Part shown: in pieces, positions 39,346 through 48,869 of the stretch
Layout: every line of letters begins with the position of its first letter
How positions within the stretch are numbered: the stretch's first letter is position 1
DNA from: Arthrobacter sp.
GTDB lineage: Bacteria; Actinomycetota; Actinomycetes; Actinomycetales; Micrococcaceae
Reading direction: 5' to 3'
Assembly: GCA_035475035.1 (NCBI GenBank)
Contig: DATIMT010000270.1
Coordinates: 1-55,469, forward strand
Length of the DNA stretch: 55,469 nt
Translations under genes and position numbers: made by a program
Notes under the pieces: model-generated
What the model was told of the DNA's origin: nothing
The model's input: only the letters and a program-made list of their open reading frames with translations
Databases searched by the model: none

Positions 39346-40368
39346 TCAGTTGGCGTGCAGGGCGTCGTTCAGTTCAACGGTCTGGCCCTTGCGGGGGAGG
39401 GCCTCCACCGCGCCCGTGGTGGAATTCCGGCGGAACAGCAGGTTGGGAACGCCGGAGAGCTCGGCAGCCTTGACGATTTTGGTGGTGTCCTCGCCCACCT
39501 CGTCCTTCGGCCCCGGGACGCGGACGCGGGTGCCCGCCGTGACGTAAAGCCCGGCCTCCACCACCGAATCGTCACCGATGCTGATGCCGACGCCGGAGTT
39601 CGCCCCGAGGAGGACACGCTCGCCGATGGTGATTTTCTCCTTGCCGCCACCCGACAGGGTGCCCATGATCGAGGCGCCGCCGCCCACGTCGCTGCCATCG
39701 CCGGCGACAACGCCAGCGGAGATACGCCCCTCCACCATGGAGGTGCCAAGGGTTCCGGCGTTGAAGTTCACGAAACCCTCGTGCATGACAGTGGTTCCGG
39801 CGGCGAGGTGCGCGCCCAGGCGGACGCGGTCGGCGTCGGCAATCCTGACACCGCTGGGCACCACGTAGTCCACCATGCGCGGGAACTTGTCGATGCCGTA
39901 GACGGTGACTGCGCCGCGGCGGCGCAGCTTGGCGCGGGTCAGTTCGAAGCCCTCGACGGCGGCCGGGCCGAAGTTGGTCCACACGACGTTGGGGAGCTTG
40001 CCGAAGAGGCCGTCCAGGTTGATGGTGTTGGGCCGGACCAGGCGGTGCGAGAGGAGGTGCAGGCGGAGGTAGGCGTCTGCGGTGTCCGCCGGCGCTTCAT
40101 CGAGGTTGATCTGGACAAAGACCACCTTTTGCTCCGTGCCGCGGTCCTCATCGGCGCCGTCCTCGGCGATCCGGGTCAAGACCTCGTCAGCGTTTTCCAC
40201 CGAGCGGAGGTTTTCGGCCGCAACACCGAGTGCGGGTGCGGGGAACCAGACGTCCAGGACGGTGGCATCGCCGGCGGCGATGGTGGCAACGCCAAAGCCA
40301 TAGGCGGAACGGGCATCAGCGTCGGAGGTCAGGGTTTCGGGCACGGCAGAGGAAGCGGTCTCAGTCAT
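39346..40368 (-). CDS. dapD: Tetrahydrodipicolinate N-succinyltransferase
   Basis: [43 protein letters not shown]. Confidence 0.97.
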   Translation of the reverse strand: MTETASSAVPETLTSDADARSAYGFGVATIAAGDATVLDVWFPAPALGVAAENLRSVENADEVLTRIAEDGADEDRGTEQKVVFVQINLDEAPADTADAYLRLHLLSHRLVRPNTINLDGLFGKLPNVVWTNFGPAAVEGFELTRAKLRRRGAVTVYGIDKFPRMVDYVVPSGVRIADADRVRLGAHLAAGTTVMHEGFVNFNAGTLGTSMVEGRISAGVVAGDGSDVGGGASIMGTLSGGGKEKITIGERVLLGANSGVGISIGDDSVVEAGLYVTAGTRVRVPGPKDEVGEDTTKIVKAAELSGVPNLLFRRNSTTGAVEALPRKGQTVELNDALHAN

Positions 40369-40419
40369 GTGCTCCAGTCTATCGAGGGCCGGGCCTGGGG
40401 TTCGAACTAGACTGGCTTC

Positions 40420-41556
40420 GTGACTGCTGAAACCTCTCCTGACTCTTCCGTGTCCACCCTCGACCTCCGCCAGGACGTGGCGTTGCTGACCGCAGCATTG
40501 ATGGACATCAATAGCGTGTCCGGCAATGAGAAGCAGCTGGCGGACGCCGTCGAGGCCGCCTTGCGCGGGATTCCGCAGCTGACTGTGGTGCGCGACGGCG
40601 ACGCCATCGTTGCCCGCACCGAACTTGGCCTGGGTGAGCGCGTGATCCTGGCCGGCCACCTGGACACGGTCCCGCTGCCGCTCACCGACGGTTCCAAGGG
40701 CACGGTCCCTTCAACCTGGGAGTCCGGAGTTCCCGGGGAGGGCATCGTCTACGGGCGGGGCGCCACGGACATGAAGGGCGGGGTGGCGGTCCAGCTCGCG
40801 CTGGCGGCAGGACTGTTCGACGGCGGCGCGCAGCCACAGCGGGACGTCACGTTTGTTTTCTACGACCATGAAGAAGTGGAAGCGGTGAAGAGCGGTCTGG
40901 GGCGCCTGGTCCGCAACCATGGAGACCTGCTGCAGGGGGACTTCGCCATCCTGCTGGAGCCAACGGACGGCACGGTGGAGGGCGGCTGCAACGGCACCAG
41001 CCGGTTCGAGGCCACCACGGTGGGGGAGGCCGCACACTCGGCCCGCGCCTGGATGGGCAGCAACGCCATCCATGCCGCCGCCCCGATCCTGGCCCGCCTG
41101 GCAGCCTACGAGCCACGCACCATCAATGTCGACGGGCTCGATTACCGGGAAAGCCTCAACGCGGTCAAGGTCAACGGCGGCACGGCCGGTAATGTCATCC
41201 CGGACCGCTGCGTGGTGGAGATCAACTACCGGTTCGCGCCGGACAAGACGCCGGACCAGGCCGAGGCCCACGTGCGGGAGCTGCTGGCGGGCTTCGACGT
41301 GGTCCGGACCGATGCCGCCGCGGGCGCCCGGCCCGGGCTGCAGCACCCTGCTGCCGCCTCCTTCGTGGCCGCCGTGGGAGCCGAGCCCAGGCCCAAATAC
41401 GGCTGGACCGACGTCGCCCGTTTCAGTGAGCTGGGCATCCCGGCCGTGAACTTCGGCCCGGGCGATGCGCTGCTGGCGCATAAGGACAACGAGCACGTCC
41501 ATGCCGACGCCATCCGGAAGTGCCTTGCTGCACTGCAAACTTGGCTGGCAGCCTGA
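40420..41556 (+). CDS. dapE: Succinyl-diaminopimelate desuccinylase
   Basis: [44 protein letters not shown]. Confidence 0.96.
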   Translation: MTAETSPDSSVSTLDLRQDVALLTAALMDINSVSGNEKQLADAVEAALRGIPQLTVVRDGDAIVARTELGLGERVILAGHLDTVPLPLTDGSKGTVPSTWESGVPGEGIVYGRGATDMKGGVAVQLALAAGLFDGGAQPQRDVTFVFYDHEEVEAVKSGLGRLVRNHGDLLQGDFAILLEPTDGTVEGGCNGTSRFEATTVGEAAHSARAWMGSNAIHAAAPILARLAAYEPRTINVDGLDYRESLNAVKVNGGTAGNVIPDRCVVEINYRFAPDKTPDQAEAHVRELLAGFDVVRTDAAAGARPGLQHPAAASFVAAVGAEPRPKYGWTDVARFSELGIPAVNFGPGDALLAHKDNEHVHADAIRKCLAALQTWLAA

Positions 41557-41570
41557 GCCGCCCTCCTACT

Positions 41571-41610
41571 GAAAAGGTCCGGAACTCCAACAGGAATTCC
41601 GGACCTTTTC
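41571..41610. terminator. Bidirectional terminator dapE/gluD
   Basis: GAAAAGGTCCGGAA / TTCCGGACCTTTTC. Confidence 0.88.
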
Positions 41611-41628
41611 GGTCGTCAGCTTCGGAAG

Positions 41629-42468
41629 TCAGGGAGTCGCAGCTTCCAGAACATCAGGTTCTGCCTTCGCCACACCACCCGCTGCCTTCTTGGAGCCGCG
41701 GCGCTCGATCCACACGGCAAGCCGTGACACCGAGATGTTGATGGCGATGTAGATCGCCGCGGCCACGAAGAAGACCGGGAACAGGTACTGCGTGCCCAGG
41801 AAGTCGGCCATGACCTGGACCGCCCTCAGGAGTTCACCGTACGCCACGATGTAGCCCAACGAGGTGTCCTTCAGGAGCACCACCATCTGCGCTACGAGCG
41901 AGGGCATCATGCGGCGGATGGCCTGCGGCAGCTCGATCAGCATCCGCGACTTGTAGCTGGTGAGGCCGATGGCCAGGCCGGCCTCGCGCTGTCCCTTGGG
42001 CAGGGACTGGATGCCGGCGCGGATGATCTCGGCGAAGACCGCCGCGTTGTAGAGCACCAGCCCGGCCACGACGGCGATGAACGCGGAGGTGCCGAAGCCC
42101 AGCAGGATGAACAGCATCATCAGGACAACGGGCATGCCGCGGAGGAATTCGAGGATGACCCGCATGGGAACCCGGATCAATGCAGCGTCGGAGATACGTA
42201 GGAGGCACAGCAGCAGGCCCAGGGGGAACGCGATCACTGCCGCGAGTGCCGCTGCGGACAGGGTGGACCCCAGCCCGTTGCCGAGCAGGCGCCACACGTC
42301 GGCGCGGGTGAAGATCTGCCAGCGGCGGCCTTCGAAGATGCCCTGTTGGGCGAGGATCGTGATTACCCAGGCCAGCAGGCCAAGAATCAGCAGGCCGCCG
42401 ATGATGGAGGCAATGAGGGAGAACCGGCGCGCCTTGGGGCCGGGGACGTCGTAGAGAACCGAGCTCAT
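41629..42468 (-). CDS. gluD: Glutamate ABC permease
   Basis: SVLYDVPGP, GQREAG, LLKDTSLG. Confidence 0.88.
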   Translation of the reverse strand: MSSVLYDVPGPKARRFSLIASIIGGLLILGLLAWVITILAQQGIFEGRRWQIFTRADVWRLLGNGLGSTLSAAALAAVIAFPLGLLLCLLRISDAALIRVPMRVILEFLRGMPVVLMMLFILLGFGTSAFIAVVAGLVLYNAAVFAEIIRAGIQSLPKGQREAGLAIGLTSYKSRMLIELPQAIRRMMPSLVAQMVVLLKDTSLGYIVAYGELLRAVQVMADFLGTQYLFPVFFVAAAIYIAINISVSRLAVWIERRGSKKAAGGVAKAEPDVLEAATP

Positions 42469-43115
42469 CGGGCAATCGCCACCTTTCGTTCCACCGTGTT
42501 GGCGAGGATCCCCAGCGGAACGGTGAGGAGCAGATAGAAGAACGCCGTGCCGAGCAGGACGGTGATCACGGCGTCACCGTTGGCGTTGGCCAACTGGCGG
42601 CCGTAACCGAACAGCTCCAGGACGAAGAAGGCGCCGGCCACCGACGAGTTCTTGACCAGGGCGATCAGGATGTTGATCAGCGGCGGGATCACCGTCCGCA
42701 GCGCCTGGGGGAGGATGATGAGCGAGAGAACCTGGCCGAAGTTCATGCCGATGCTGCGTGCTGCTTCGGCCTGCCCCACGGGCACGCTGTTGACACCTGA
42801 GCGGACAGCTTCGGCGATGAAGGCGGCGGTGTAGGCGCTGAGGGCAATGATCGCGGCAATCTCGAACTGCTCAAACTTGACCCCGATTCGGGGGAGCACG
42901 ACGGCTGCGAAGAAGAACGCGATGGTCAGCGGGGTGTTGCGGAGGATTTCCACGTAGACGGTGCTGAAACCGCGCAGTGCCGCGACCGGTGAAACGCGTG
43001 CCGCGGCCAGCAAGGTGCCAAGGATCAACGCGAAAATACCGGAGACGACGGACAGGAAAAGAGTGCGGAGAAAACCCTCCCAATACAAGGGCAGGTTTTC
43101 AATGATGACGTCCAT
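42465..43115 (-). CDS. gluC: Glutamate ABC permease
   Basis: RNTPLT, GQAEAARSIG, LVKNSS. Confidence 0.88.
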   Translation of the reverse strand: MDVIIENLPLYWEGFLRTLFLSVVSGIFALILGTLLAAARVSPVAALRGFSTVYVEILRNTPLTIAFFFAAVVLPRIGVKFEQFEIAAIIALSAYTAAFIAEAVRSGVNSVPVGQAEAARSIGMNFGQVLSLIILPQALRTVIPPLINILIALVKNSSVAGAFFVLELFGYGRQLANANGDAVITVLLGTAFFYLLLTVPLGILANTVERKVAIAR

Positions 43116-43155
43116 AAGATCCTTCGGCTGTAAGCGTGGACGGATTGAAGGCTGT

Positions 43156-43185
43156 GCTGCCGGGGCCCAGGTGGGCCCCGGCAGC
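43156..43185 (-). terminator. Intra-operon stem-loop after gluB
   Basis: GCTGCCGGGGCCC / GGGCCCCGGCAGC. Confidence 0.7.
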
Positions 43186-43199
43186 GTGGCGGACGCTAC

Positions 43200-44087
43200 T
43201 TAGTAACGGTTGATGGCCGGGAGGCTCGGGGCCGTCTTGATGACGGTGCCGGCGGTGGCTTCCCACGCCTTCTTGTATGAGCCGTCCTTCTCGAAGGACT
43301 CCAGCTGGTCGTTGATCCAGTTGCGGAACTCGGTATCGCCCTTCTTCAGGCCGATGCCGTAGGGCTCCTTGGTGAAGGTTTCATCCGAAGCCAGCTTGAA
43401 GGCGTCCGGCTCCTTGTCGACGAAGCCGGCGAGGATCACGTTGTCGGTGGTCACGGCTTCAACCTGCTTGTTGCGCAGCGGCTCCAGGCAGGCGGAGTAG
43501 GTGGCGGCCGGAACCAGTTCCGCGCCGTACTTGTCCACGATGGTGGCGGCCGGAGTGGAGCCCGTCACCGAGCAGACCTTTTTGCCCTTGACATCTTCGG
43601 GCTTCTTGATGGTGTCGTTGTCCTTGTTCACCATGAGGGCCTGGCCGGCTTCGTAGTACGGGCCGGCGAAGTCGACAACCTCTTTGCGCTTGTCGCTGAT
43701 GGTGTACGTGGCGATGACCAGGTCCACCTTGCCCTGCTGAATGAACGGTTCGCGGTTTGCCGAAACGGTCTCGGACCATTCGATCTTGTCTGCGGCGATG
43801 CCCAGCTTGGCGGCGATCAGCTTGCCGATCTCAACGTCGAAACCGACAGGCTTGCCGTCCAGGCCCACCTGGCCGAACAGCGGCTGGTCGAACTTGGTGC
43901 CGATCTTGATGGTGCCCGCGGAGGACAGCTTCTCCATGGTGGTTCCGGCAGCGAAGGACGGCTTCTGGACAGGGCTGGGGTTGCTGGAGCCTCCGGTGTC
44001 GCCTCCGCCGCAGGCGCTGAGGGACAGGGCGAGGGCAGCGGTAGCCGCCACGACGAAAGACTTCCGCCTGGACATAAATGCCTTCAT
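43200..44087 (-). CDS. gluB: Glutamate ABC substrate-binding lipoprotein
   Basis: Lipobox LSAC, IGTKFDQP, ATYTI, FAGPYY, TTDNVIL. Confidence 0.9.
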   Translation of the reverse strand: MKAFMSRRKSFVVAATAALALSLSACGGGDTGGSSNPSPVQKPSFAAGTTMEKLSSAGTIKIGTKFDQPLFGQVGLDGKPVGFDVEIGKLIAAKLGIAADKIEWSETVSANREPFIQQGKVDLVIATYTISDKRKEVVDFAGPYYEAGQALMVNKDNDTIKKPEDVKGKKVCSVTGSTPAATIVDKYGAELVPAATYSACLEPLRNKQVEAVTTDNVILAGFVDKEPDAFKLASDETFTKEPYGIGLKKGDTEFRNWINDQLESFEKDGSYKKAWEATAGTVIKTAPSLPAINRY

Positions 44088-44155
44088 GACATTCCTTTCA
44101 TTGATGGCCGTGGGTATCCGGCCTGGATGCGAACTGACGTGTGGTGGTTCGGTAA

Positions 44156-44911
44156 TCAGTGGGTGAGCAGCTTGGACAGGAAGTCCTTGGCGCGGTCGCT
44201 CTTCGGGTTGGTGAAGAACTCCTCCGGGGTATCGTCCTCCACGATCTGGCCGTCCGCCATGAAGACCACGCGGTCCGCGGCCTTGCGGGCGAAGCCCATT
44301 TCGTGCGTGACCACGATCATGGTCATGCCTTCCTTGGCCAGCTGGACCATGACGTCCAGGACCTCGTTGATCATTTCGGGGTCCAGGGCGGACGTGGGCT
44401 CGTCGAACAGCATGACCTTCGGCTTCATTGCCAAGGCGCGGGCAATAGCTACACGCTGCTGTTGGCCGCCGGAGAGCTGGGCGGGCAGCTTGGGGGCCTG
44501 GTGGCCAACGCCCACCCGTTCGAGCAGGGCCATGGCATCCTTTTCCGCGGCCGCCTTGGCAACACCCTTGACCTTGATGGGCCCCAACGTCACGTTCTCA
44601 AGGATGGTCTTGTGCGCGAACAGGTTGAAGGACTGGAAAACCATTCCGACGTCGGCGCGAAGCTGGGCGAGCTCCTTGCCTTCCTCGGGGAGGACTTTCC
44701 CGTCGATGCTGATGGTTCCGCCCTCAATGGTTTCCAGGCGGTTGATCGCCCGGCAGAGGGTGGACTTACCGGAGCCCGAGGGTCCGATGACCACAACAAC
44801 CTCGCCCTTGCGGACGTGTAGGTTGATGTCCTTCAAAACGTGCAGCTGGCCGTAATGCTTGTTAACGGCGTTCAGGGAGACGAGGGCATCGCCGGGCACA
44901 TGAGTAGTCAT
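44156..44911 (-). CDS. gluA: Glutamate ABC ATPase
   Basis: [38 protein letters not shown]. Confidence 0.92.
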   Translation of the reverse strand: MTTHVPGDALVSLNAVNKHYGQLHVLKDINLHVRKGEVVVVIGPSGSGKSTLCRAINRLETIEGGTISIDGKVLPEEGKELAQLRADVGMVFQSFNLFAHKTILENVTLGPIKVKGVAKAAAEKDAMALLERVGVGHQAPKLPAQLSGGQQQRVAIARALAMKPKVMLFDEPTSALDPEMINEVLDVMVQLAKEGMTMIVVTHEMGFARKAADRVVFMADGQIVEDDTPEEFFTNPKSDRAKDFLSKLLTH

Positions 44912-45015
44912 AGGAAAGAATCTAGCGAACAACGGTGCCTTATGACGCCAATCACCCCAAGTTCCTGCCGATCGTGATTCAAGAGATACCTGGAGTTGGA
45001 GGTTAGCCTAGGGGA

Positions 45016-45798
45016 ATGAGTATCAACGCAGATCCGGCCAAGAACTCCCAGCCGCGCCGTAAGGGGCCCCTCGAACTGCGCCGCAAACAGGCGGCCGTGG
45101 AGATGTCGGACCAGCACCTGCTTGATACCAAGGGCCCCGGCCAGTTTGTCCACACCGACCCGTGGCGGGTACTGCGGATCCAGAGCGAGTTCGTCGAAGG
45201 CTTCGGTGCGCTCGCGGACATTGGAAAGGCGGTCAGCGTCTTCGGTTCGGCACGGACCAAACCAGGCAGCCTGTATTACGAGATGGGCGTGGAGGTGGGG
45301 CGCAAACTCGCCGAGGCCGGGGTCGCGGTGATCACCGGTGGTGGCCCTGGCTCCATGGAGGCCGCCAACCGGGGAACGGTGGAAGGCAACGGTGTGTCGG
45401 TTGGCCTTGGCATTGAGTTGCCGTTCGAACAGGGACTGAACCAATGGGTGGACCTGGGAATCAACTTCCGCTACTTCTTTGCCCGCAAGACCATGTTCGT
45501 CAAATACGCCCAGGGCTTCATTGTGCTGCCCGGCGGCCTGGGGACTTTGGATGAGCTGTTCGAGGCCATGGTCCTGGTCCAGACACGCAAGGTGACGTCC
45601 TTCCCCATCGTGCTCCTCGGCGTCGAATTCTGGGGACCGATGATCGACTGGATCAGGGGCACCCTGGTGGCGGAGGGCATGGTCTCGGAGAAGGACCTGG
45701 ACCTCATCCAGCTCGTGGACGATCCGGCGGAGGCCGTTGACCGGGTCCTGCATGGAGGGGTGACACCGTCACTGAACGGGGAGCAGCGGCCGGAGTAG
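45016..45798 (+). CDS. LOG family nucleotide phosphoribohydrolase (TIGR00730, type-II-like)
   Basis: FGSAR, TGGGPGSMEAAN, FFARKTMF, PGGLGTLDE. Confidence 0.93.
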   Translation: MSINADPAKNSQPRRKGPLELRRKQAAVEMSDQHLLDTKGPGQFVHTDPWRVLRIQSEFVEGFGALADIGKAVSVFGSARTKPGSLYYEMGVEVGRKLAEAGVAVITGGGPGSMEAANRGTVEGNGVSVGLGIELPFEQGLNQWVDLGINFRYFFARKTMFVKYAQGFIVLPGGLGTLDELFEAMVLVQTRKVTSFPIVLLGVEFWGPMIDWIRGTLVAEGMVSEKDLDLIQLVDDPAEAVDRVLHGGVTPSLNGEQRPE

Positions 45799-45841
45799 CC
45801 GCGGGCCAAAGTCCGGGCCGCCGGTCTGGCACGATGGGACC

Positions 45842-46297
45842 GTGAGCTTCTTCCTCGTGTTCCTCGCCGTCGTCCTGGTTGCGGCCGTCCTTTGGGCCGG
45901 CCTGGGCCGGCGTTCCCGCAAGAACGGCGTTCCTGCGCTGCCCGCCATGCTGGATGGGGGATTCGAAGAGCCGCCCGCCAACCTTCCGCCCGTGCTGCTG
46001 CCGGAGCACGCCGCTCCCGGCGACGTGGAACAGGTGCGTTTCTCCCTGGGCCTGCGCGGCTACCGGATGGACCAGGTGGACCAGGTCCTGGATGACCTGC
46101 GGGACCAGTTGGCAGCAAGGGATGCGGAATTGGACGAGTTGCGTATCCGGCTGGCCGCCCTGGAACAGGTTGAAGAGCAGGCTTCCGACGCCGGGTCCCC
46201 GGCCCCCGGCGGCACCGCCATGGATGCGCCAGGCAGCGGAAACGGTGGGAGCGGGGCGGCCGATGAGATTGCCGCGCAAGGAAAGGGCGGACTGTGA
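45842..46297 (+). CDS. Membrane-anchored DivIVA-domain protein
   Basis: N-terminal TM, VRFSLGLRGYRMDQVDQVLD, coiled coil. Confidence 0.88.
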   Translation: MSFFLVFLAVVLVAAVLWAGLGRRSRKNGVPALPAMLDGGFEEPPANLPPVLLPEHAAPGDVEQVRFSLGLRGYRMDQVDQVLDDLRDQLAARDAELDELRIRLAALEQVEEQASDAGSPAPGGTAMDAPGSGNGGSGAADEIAAQGKGGL

Positions 46298-47550
46298 GCA
46301 CGGTTGCCCGGCGCAACCCGCCGGACCCGGCCGGGAAGGTGGTCAACCGCCTGGCTTCCGCGGTCCGCAACTGGCCGTGGTGGCTCCAGGTCACGGGCGT
46401 CTATGCCGGTGCCCGCCTGGTCTCCGCCTGGATCTTCATGGCTGCGGCCCTCCACCAGGGCGCCAACCCCTGGTTCCCGCCGAAGCCTGATTACTGGAAC
46501 TTTATTAACATCTGGGATGCCCGCTGGTACGGGCAGGTCATTGCCAACGGCTACCCGTCGGTCCTTCCCACGGACGCAGCCGGCAACGTGCAGGAGAACA
46601 CCTGGGCCTTCTACCCGCTCTTTCCCGCACTGGCCGGCGGACTCAGCCACCTCACCGGCCTGAATCCCGCCGCTTCGCTTACCCTCGTTGCCATGGTGTC
46701 CGGCTGGGCGGCCGCCCTCGTGGTGTACGCGCTCTTCCGGCAGAAGGCATCGCACGCACCAGCGCTGTGGGGTGTGTCGTTCTTTTCGACTTTTCCGGTC
46801 TCCGCGGTGCTGCAGGTCCCGTACGCCGAGCCGCTGTCCCTGCTGCTGCTGGCCGGGGCCCTGCTGTTGCTGGTGCGCAGGCAGTACCTGTGGGCCATCC
46901 CCGTGGTGTTCCTGCTGTGCCTGTCCCGGCCTGTCGGGGTTCCCTTTGCCGCCATGATGGGCCTGCTGCTGGTATTCCACGCCATCTCGCATGTCCGGAA
47001 CAGCCGGAAGGGCGGCGCGGATGAAGCAGCCCATTCCGTGGGTGACCTGGCGGCACTGACCGGTCTCACCGCCGTCGCCGGCATATCCGCTCTCGCGTGG
47101 CCTGCCGCGGCGTGGGCAGCGACGGGCGACCCCCAGGCCTATACCAAAACTGAAACCGTGTGGCGGGGCCAGGACCTGGTTCCATTCAAGCCGTGGTTCG
47201 ACACCGGCGTCGAACTCTTCGGCCCTGTGCTGGGCATCGTTGCCCCCCTGGTTTTCACGGCACTCTTCGCGGCAATGCTCTTCCTTCCCCCTGTGGCGCG
47301 GCTCGGCGTCGAGCTGCGGCTCTGGTGCGCCTGCTACATGGGGTACTTGCTGGTGTTCCTCCATCCGCAAACCAGTACCTTCAGGATGCTGCTGCCGCTG
47401 TTTCCGCTGGCCCTGGGGGCGGCTTTCCTGTCCCGTTCCAGGGCTTACCGGGGGACGGTCATGGTCATGTTCCTGCTGCTTCAGATCGTCTGGATCGTCT
47501 GGCTGTGGGCGTGGGCGCAACTGCCCGGCGGAGGGGATTATCCCCCCTAG
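46294..47550 (+). CDS. GT-C fold integral membrane glycosyltransferase (PIG-V/mannosyltransferase-like)
   Basis: WDARWY, WAFYPLFP, YAEPL, SRP motifs; many TM helices. Confidence 0.78.
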   Translation: MSTVARRNPPDPAGKVVNRLASAVRNWPWWLQVTGVYAGARLVSAWIFMAAALHQGANPWFPPKPDYWNFINIWDARWYGQVIANGYPSVLPTDAAGNVQENTWAFYPLFPALAGGLSHLTGLNPAASLTLVAMVSGWAAALVVYALFRQKASHAPALWGVSFFSTFPVSAVLQVPYAEPLSLLLLAGALLLLVRRQYLWAIPVVFLLCLSRPVGVPFAAMMGLLLVFHAISHVRNSRKGGADEAAHSVGDLAALTGLTAVAGISALAWPAAAWAATGDPQAYTKTETVWRGQDLVPFKPWFDTGVELFGPVLGIVAPLVFTALFAAMLFLPPVARLGVELRLWCACYMGYLLVFLHPQTSTFRMLLPLFPLALGAAFLSRSRAYRGTVMVMFLLLQIVWIVWLWAWAQLPGGGDYPP

Positions 47551-47782
47551 GAAATCCGGCTTCCGTGCAGGTCAGGGCTGGAATAACAGGTGCCGGGAAA
47601 TGTCCATCGATTAGCTACGTGCGGGTAATTCCGGGATAATGAAAGGTAAGCAAGGACAAAAGCATTCAGAAAACGCGCAGCCTTGGCGGTGGGGGAACCA
47701 CCCCGCCATAGCGGCCTGATCGACATGCGGACACAGCCCGCCGGGCTGATTAGTCCTGGGACAAAATGGAGGGGAATTCCTC

Positions 47783-47950
47783 ATGGCGGCTATGAAACCA
47801 CGCACCGGCGACGGCCCAATGGAAGTCACCAAGGAGGGCCGCAGCCTGATCATGCGCGTCCCGCTCGAAGGCGGCGGGCGCCTGGTGGTCGAACTGAACG
47901 CTGCCGAAGCAGCCAACCTCAAGGAATGCCTGGTAGGCGTTACCGAATAG
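47783..47950 (+). CDS. DUF3117 family small protein, 55 aa (absent from ORF track)
   Basis: MAAMKPRTGDGPMEVTKEGRSLIMRVPLEGGGRLVVELNAAEA...; GGAGG SD. Confidence 0.93.
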   Translation: MAAMKPRTGDGPMEVTKEGRSLIMRVPLEGGGRLVVELNAAEAANLKECLVGVTE

Positions 47951-47957
47951 TCGTGCC

Positions 47958-48000
47958 GGACAGGGTGCGCAGCCCGCCGGCCGTGCACCCTGTCCTTTCT
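47958..48000. terminator. Terminator after DUF3117
   Basis: GGACAGGGTGC / GCACCCTGTCC followed by TTTCT. Confidence 0.8.
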
Positions 48001-48007
48001 GTGCCGC

Positions 48008-48640
48008 CTATTTCTTGACGGCTACCAGCAGGCCGTCCCCGGTGGGAAGCATTGCTGACGCCAACCTGTCGTCGTCCCGGATTGCCCTGCCTACCTGGCG
48101 CAGGACCACGGTGGTTGCCTCCCGGCCCGCAGGGTTGGCCACCTTGTCCTTGTCCAGTGCGTCGTTGATGACCAGCAGTCCGGCGGGCTTCAGCAGCCGG
48201 GTGGCCTGCTCCACGTAGCCGGGCAGGCCAGGCTTGTCCGCGTCGATGAAGACCAGGTCGTAGGCGCCATCCGTGAGCCGGGGCAGGACGTCACCGGCGC
48301 GGCCGGAAATGGTGCGGGTACGGTTGGCGGGACTGCCGGCCTCGCCAAAGGCTTCGCGGGCAGCCCTCAGGTGTTCGACATCCACATCGATGGTGGTCAG
48401 GACTGCATGTGGGCCCAGGCCGCGCAGCAGGCAGACGCCGGAGACGCCCGCGCCGGTACCGATTTCGACGGCGGTCTGGGCCTTGGACGCAGCAGCCAGC
48501 ACGGTGAGGACGGCGCCTACGCCGGGGCTGATGGCACTTACCCCTAATTCAAATGAACGTTCCCGGGCCCGAAGCATAACCTCATCCTCAGCGGGCAGAT
48601 CTTCTGCATAGGACCAGCTGCTGGACTTGTCGGCGCTCAT
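48008..48640 (-). CDS. SAM-dependent O-methyltransferase
   Basis: VEIGTGAGVSG, YDLVFIDADK; divergent from sigE. Confidence 0.93.
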   Translation of the reverse strand: MSADKSSSWSYAEDLPAEDEVMLRARERSFELGVSAISPGVGAVLTVLAAASKAQTAVEIGTGAGVSGVCLLRGLGPHAVLTTIDVDVEHLRAAREAFGEAGSPANRTRTISGRAGDVLPRLTDGAYDLVFIDADKPGLPGYVEQATRLLKPAGLLVINDALDKDKVANPAGREATTVVLRQVGRAIRDDDRLASAMLPTGDGLLVAVKK

Positions 48641-48869
48641 TAATTATCGCTTTCTGGGCGTAAAGGGGGAATGTCTCCACCAGCCTACTGTGTCCGGTGC
48701 GGCTGGCCGGGAAAGCAGCCATTGCGCCCAAGGCTGAAGTTTGCCGGCGATCAGGAAATTCCCAGCCAAGTTTGACATGATTAATATCCGCTCATCCAAA
48801 AGGTGACCGGCGCCGAATCAGAGATGTCAACAGTATCCGGGCGTTAGCATTCCACGAGGGGAGTGGACG

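Noticed and set aside
47734-47980. CAGCCCGCCGG present both in the DUF3117 leader and in its terminator loop
   Set aside because: An 11-nt GC-rich match is plausible by chance; no sign of mobility
47683-48018. 111-aa ORF from the track
   Set aside because: The real gene is the 55-aa DUF3117 ORF in another frame (47783-47950)
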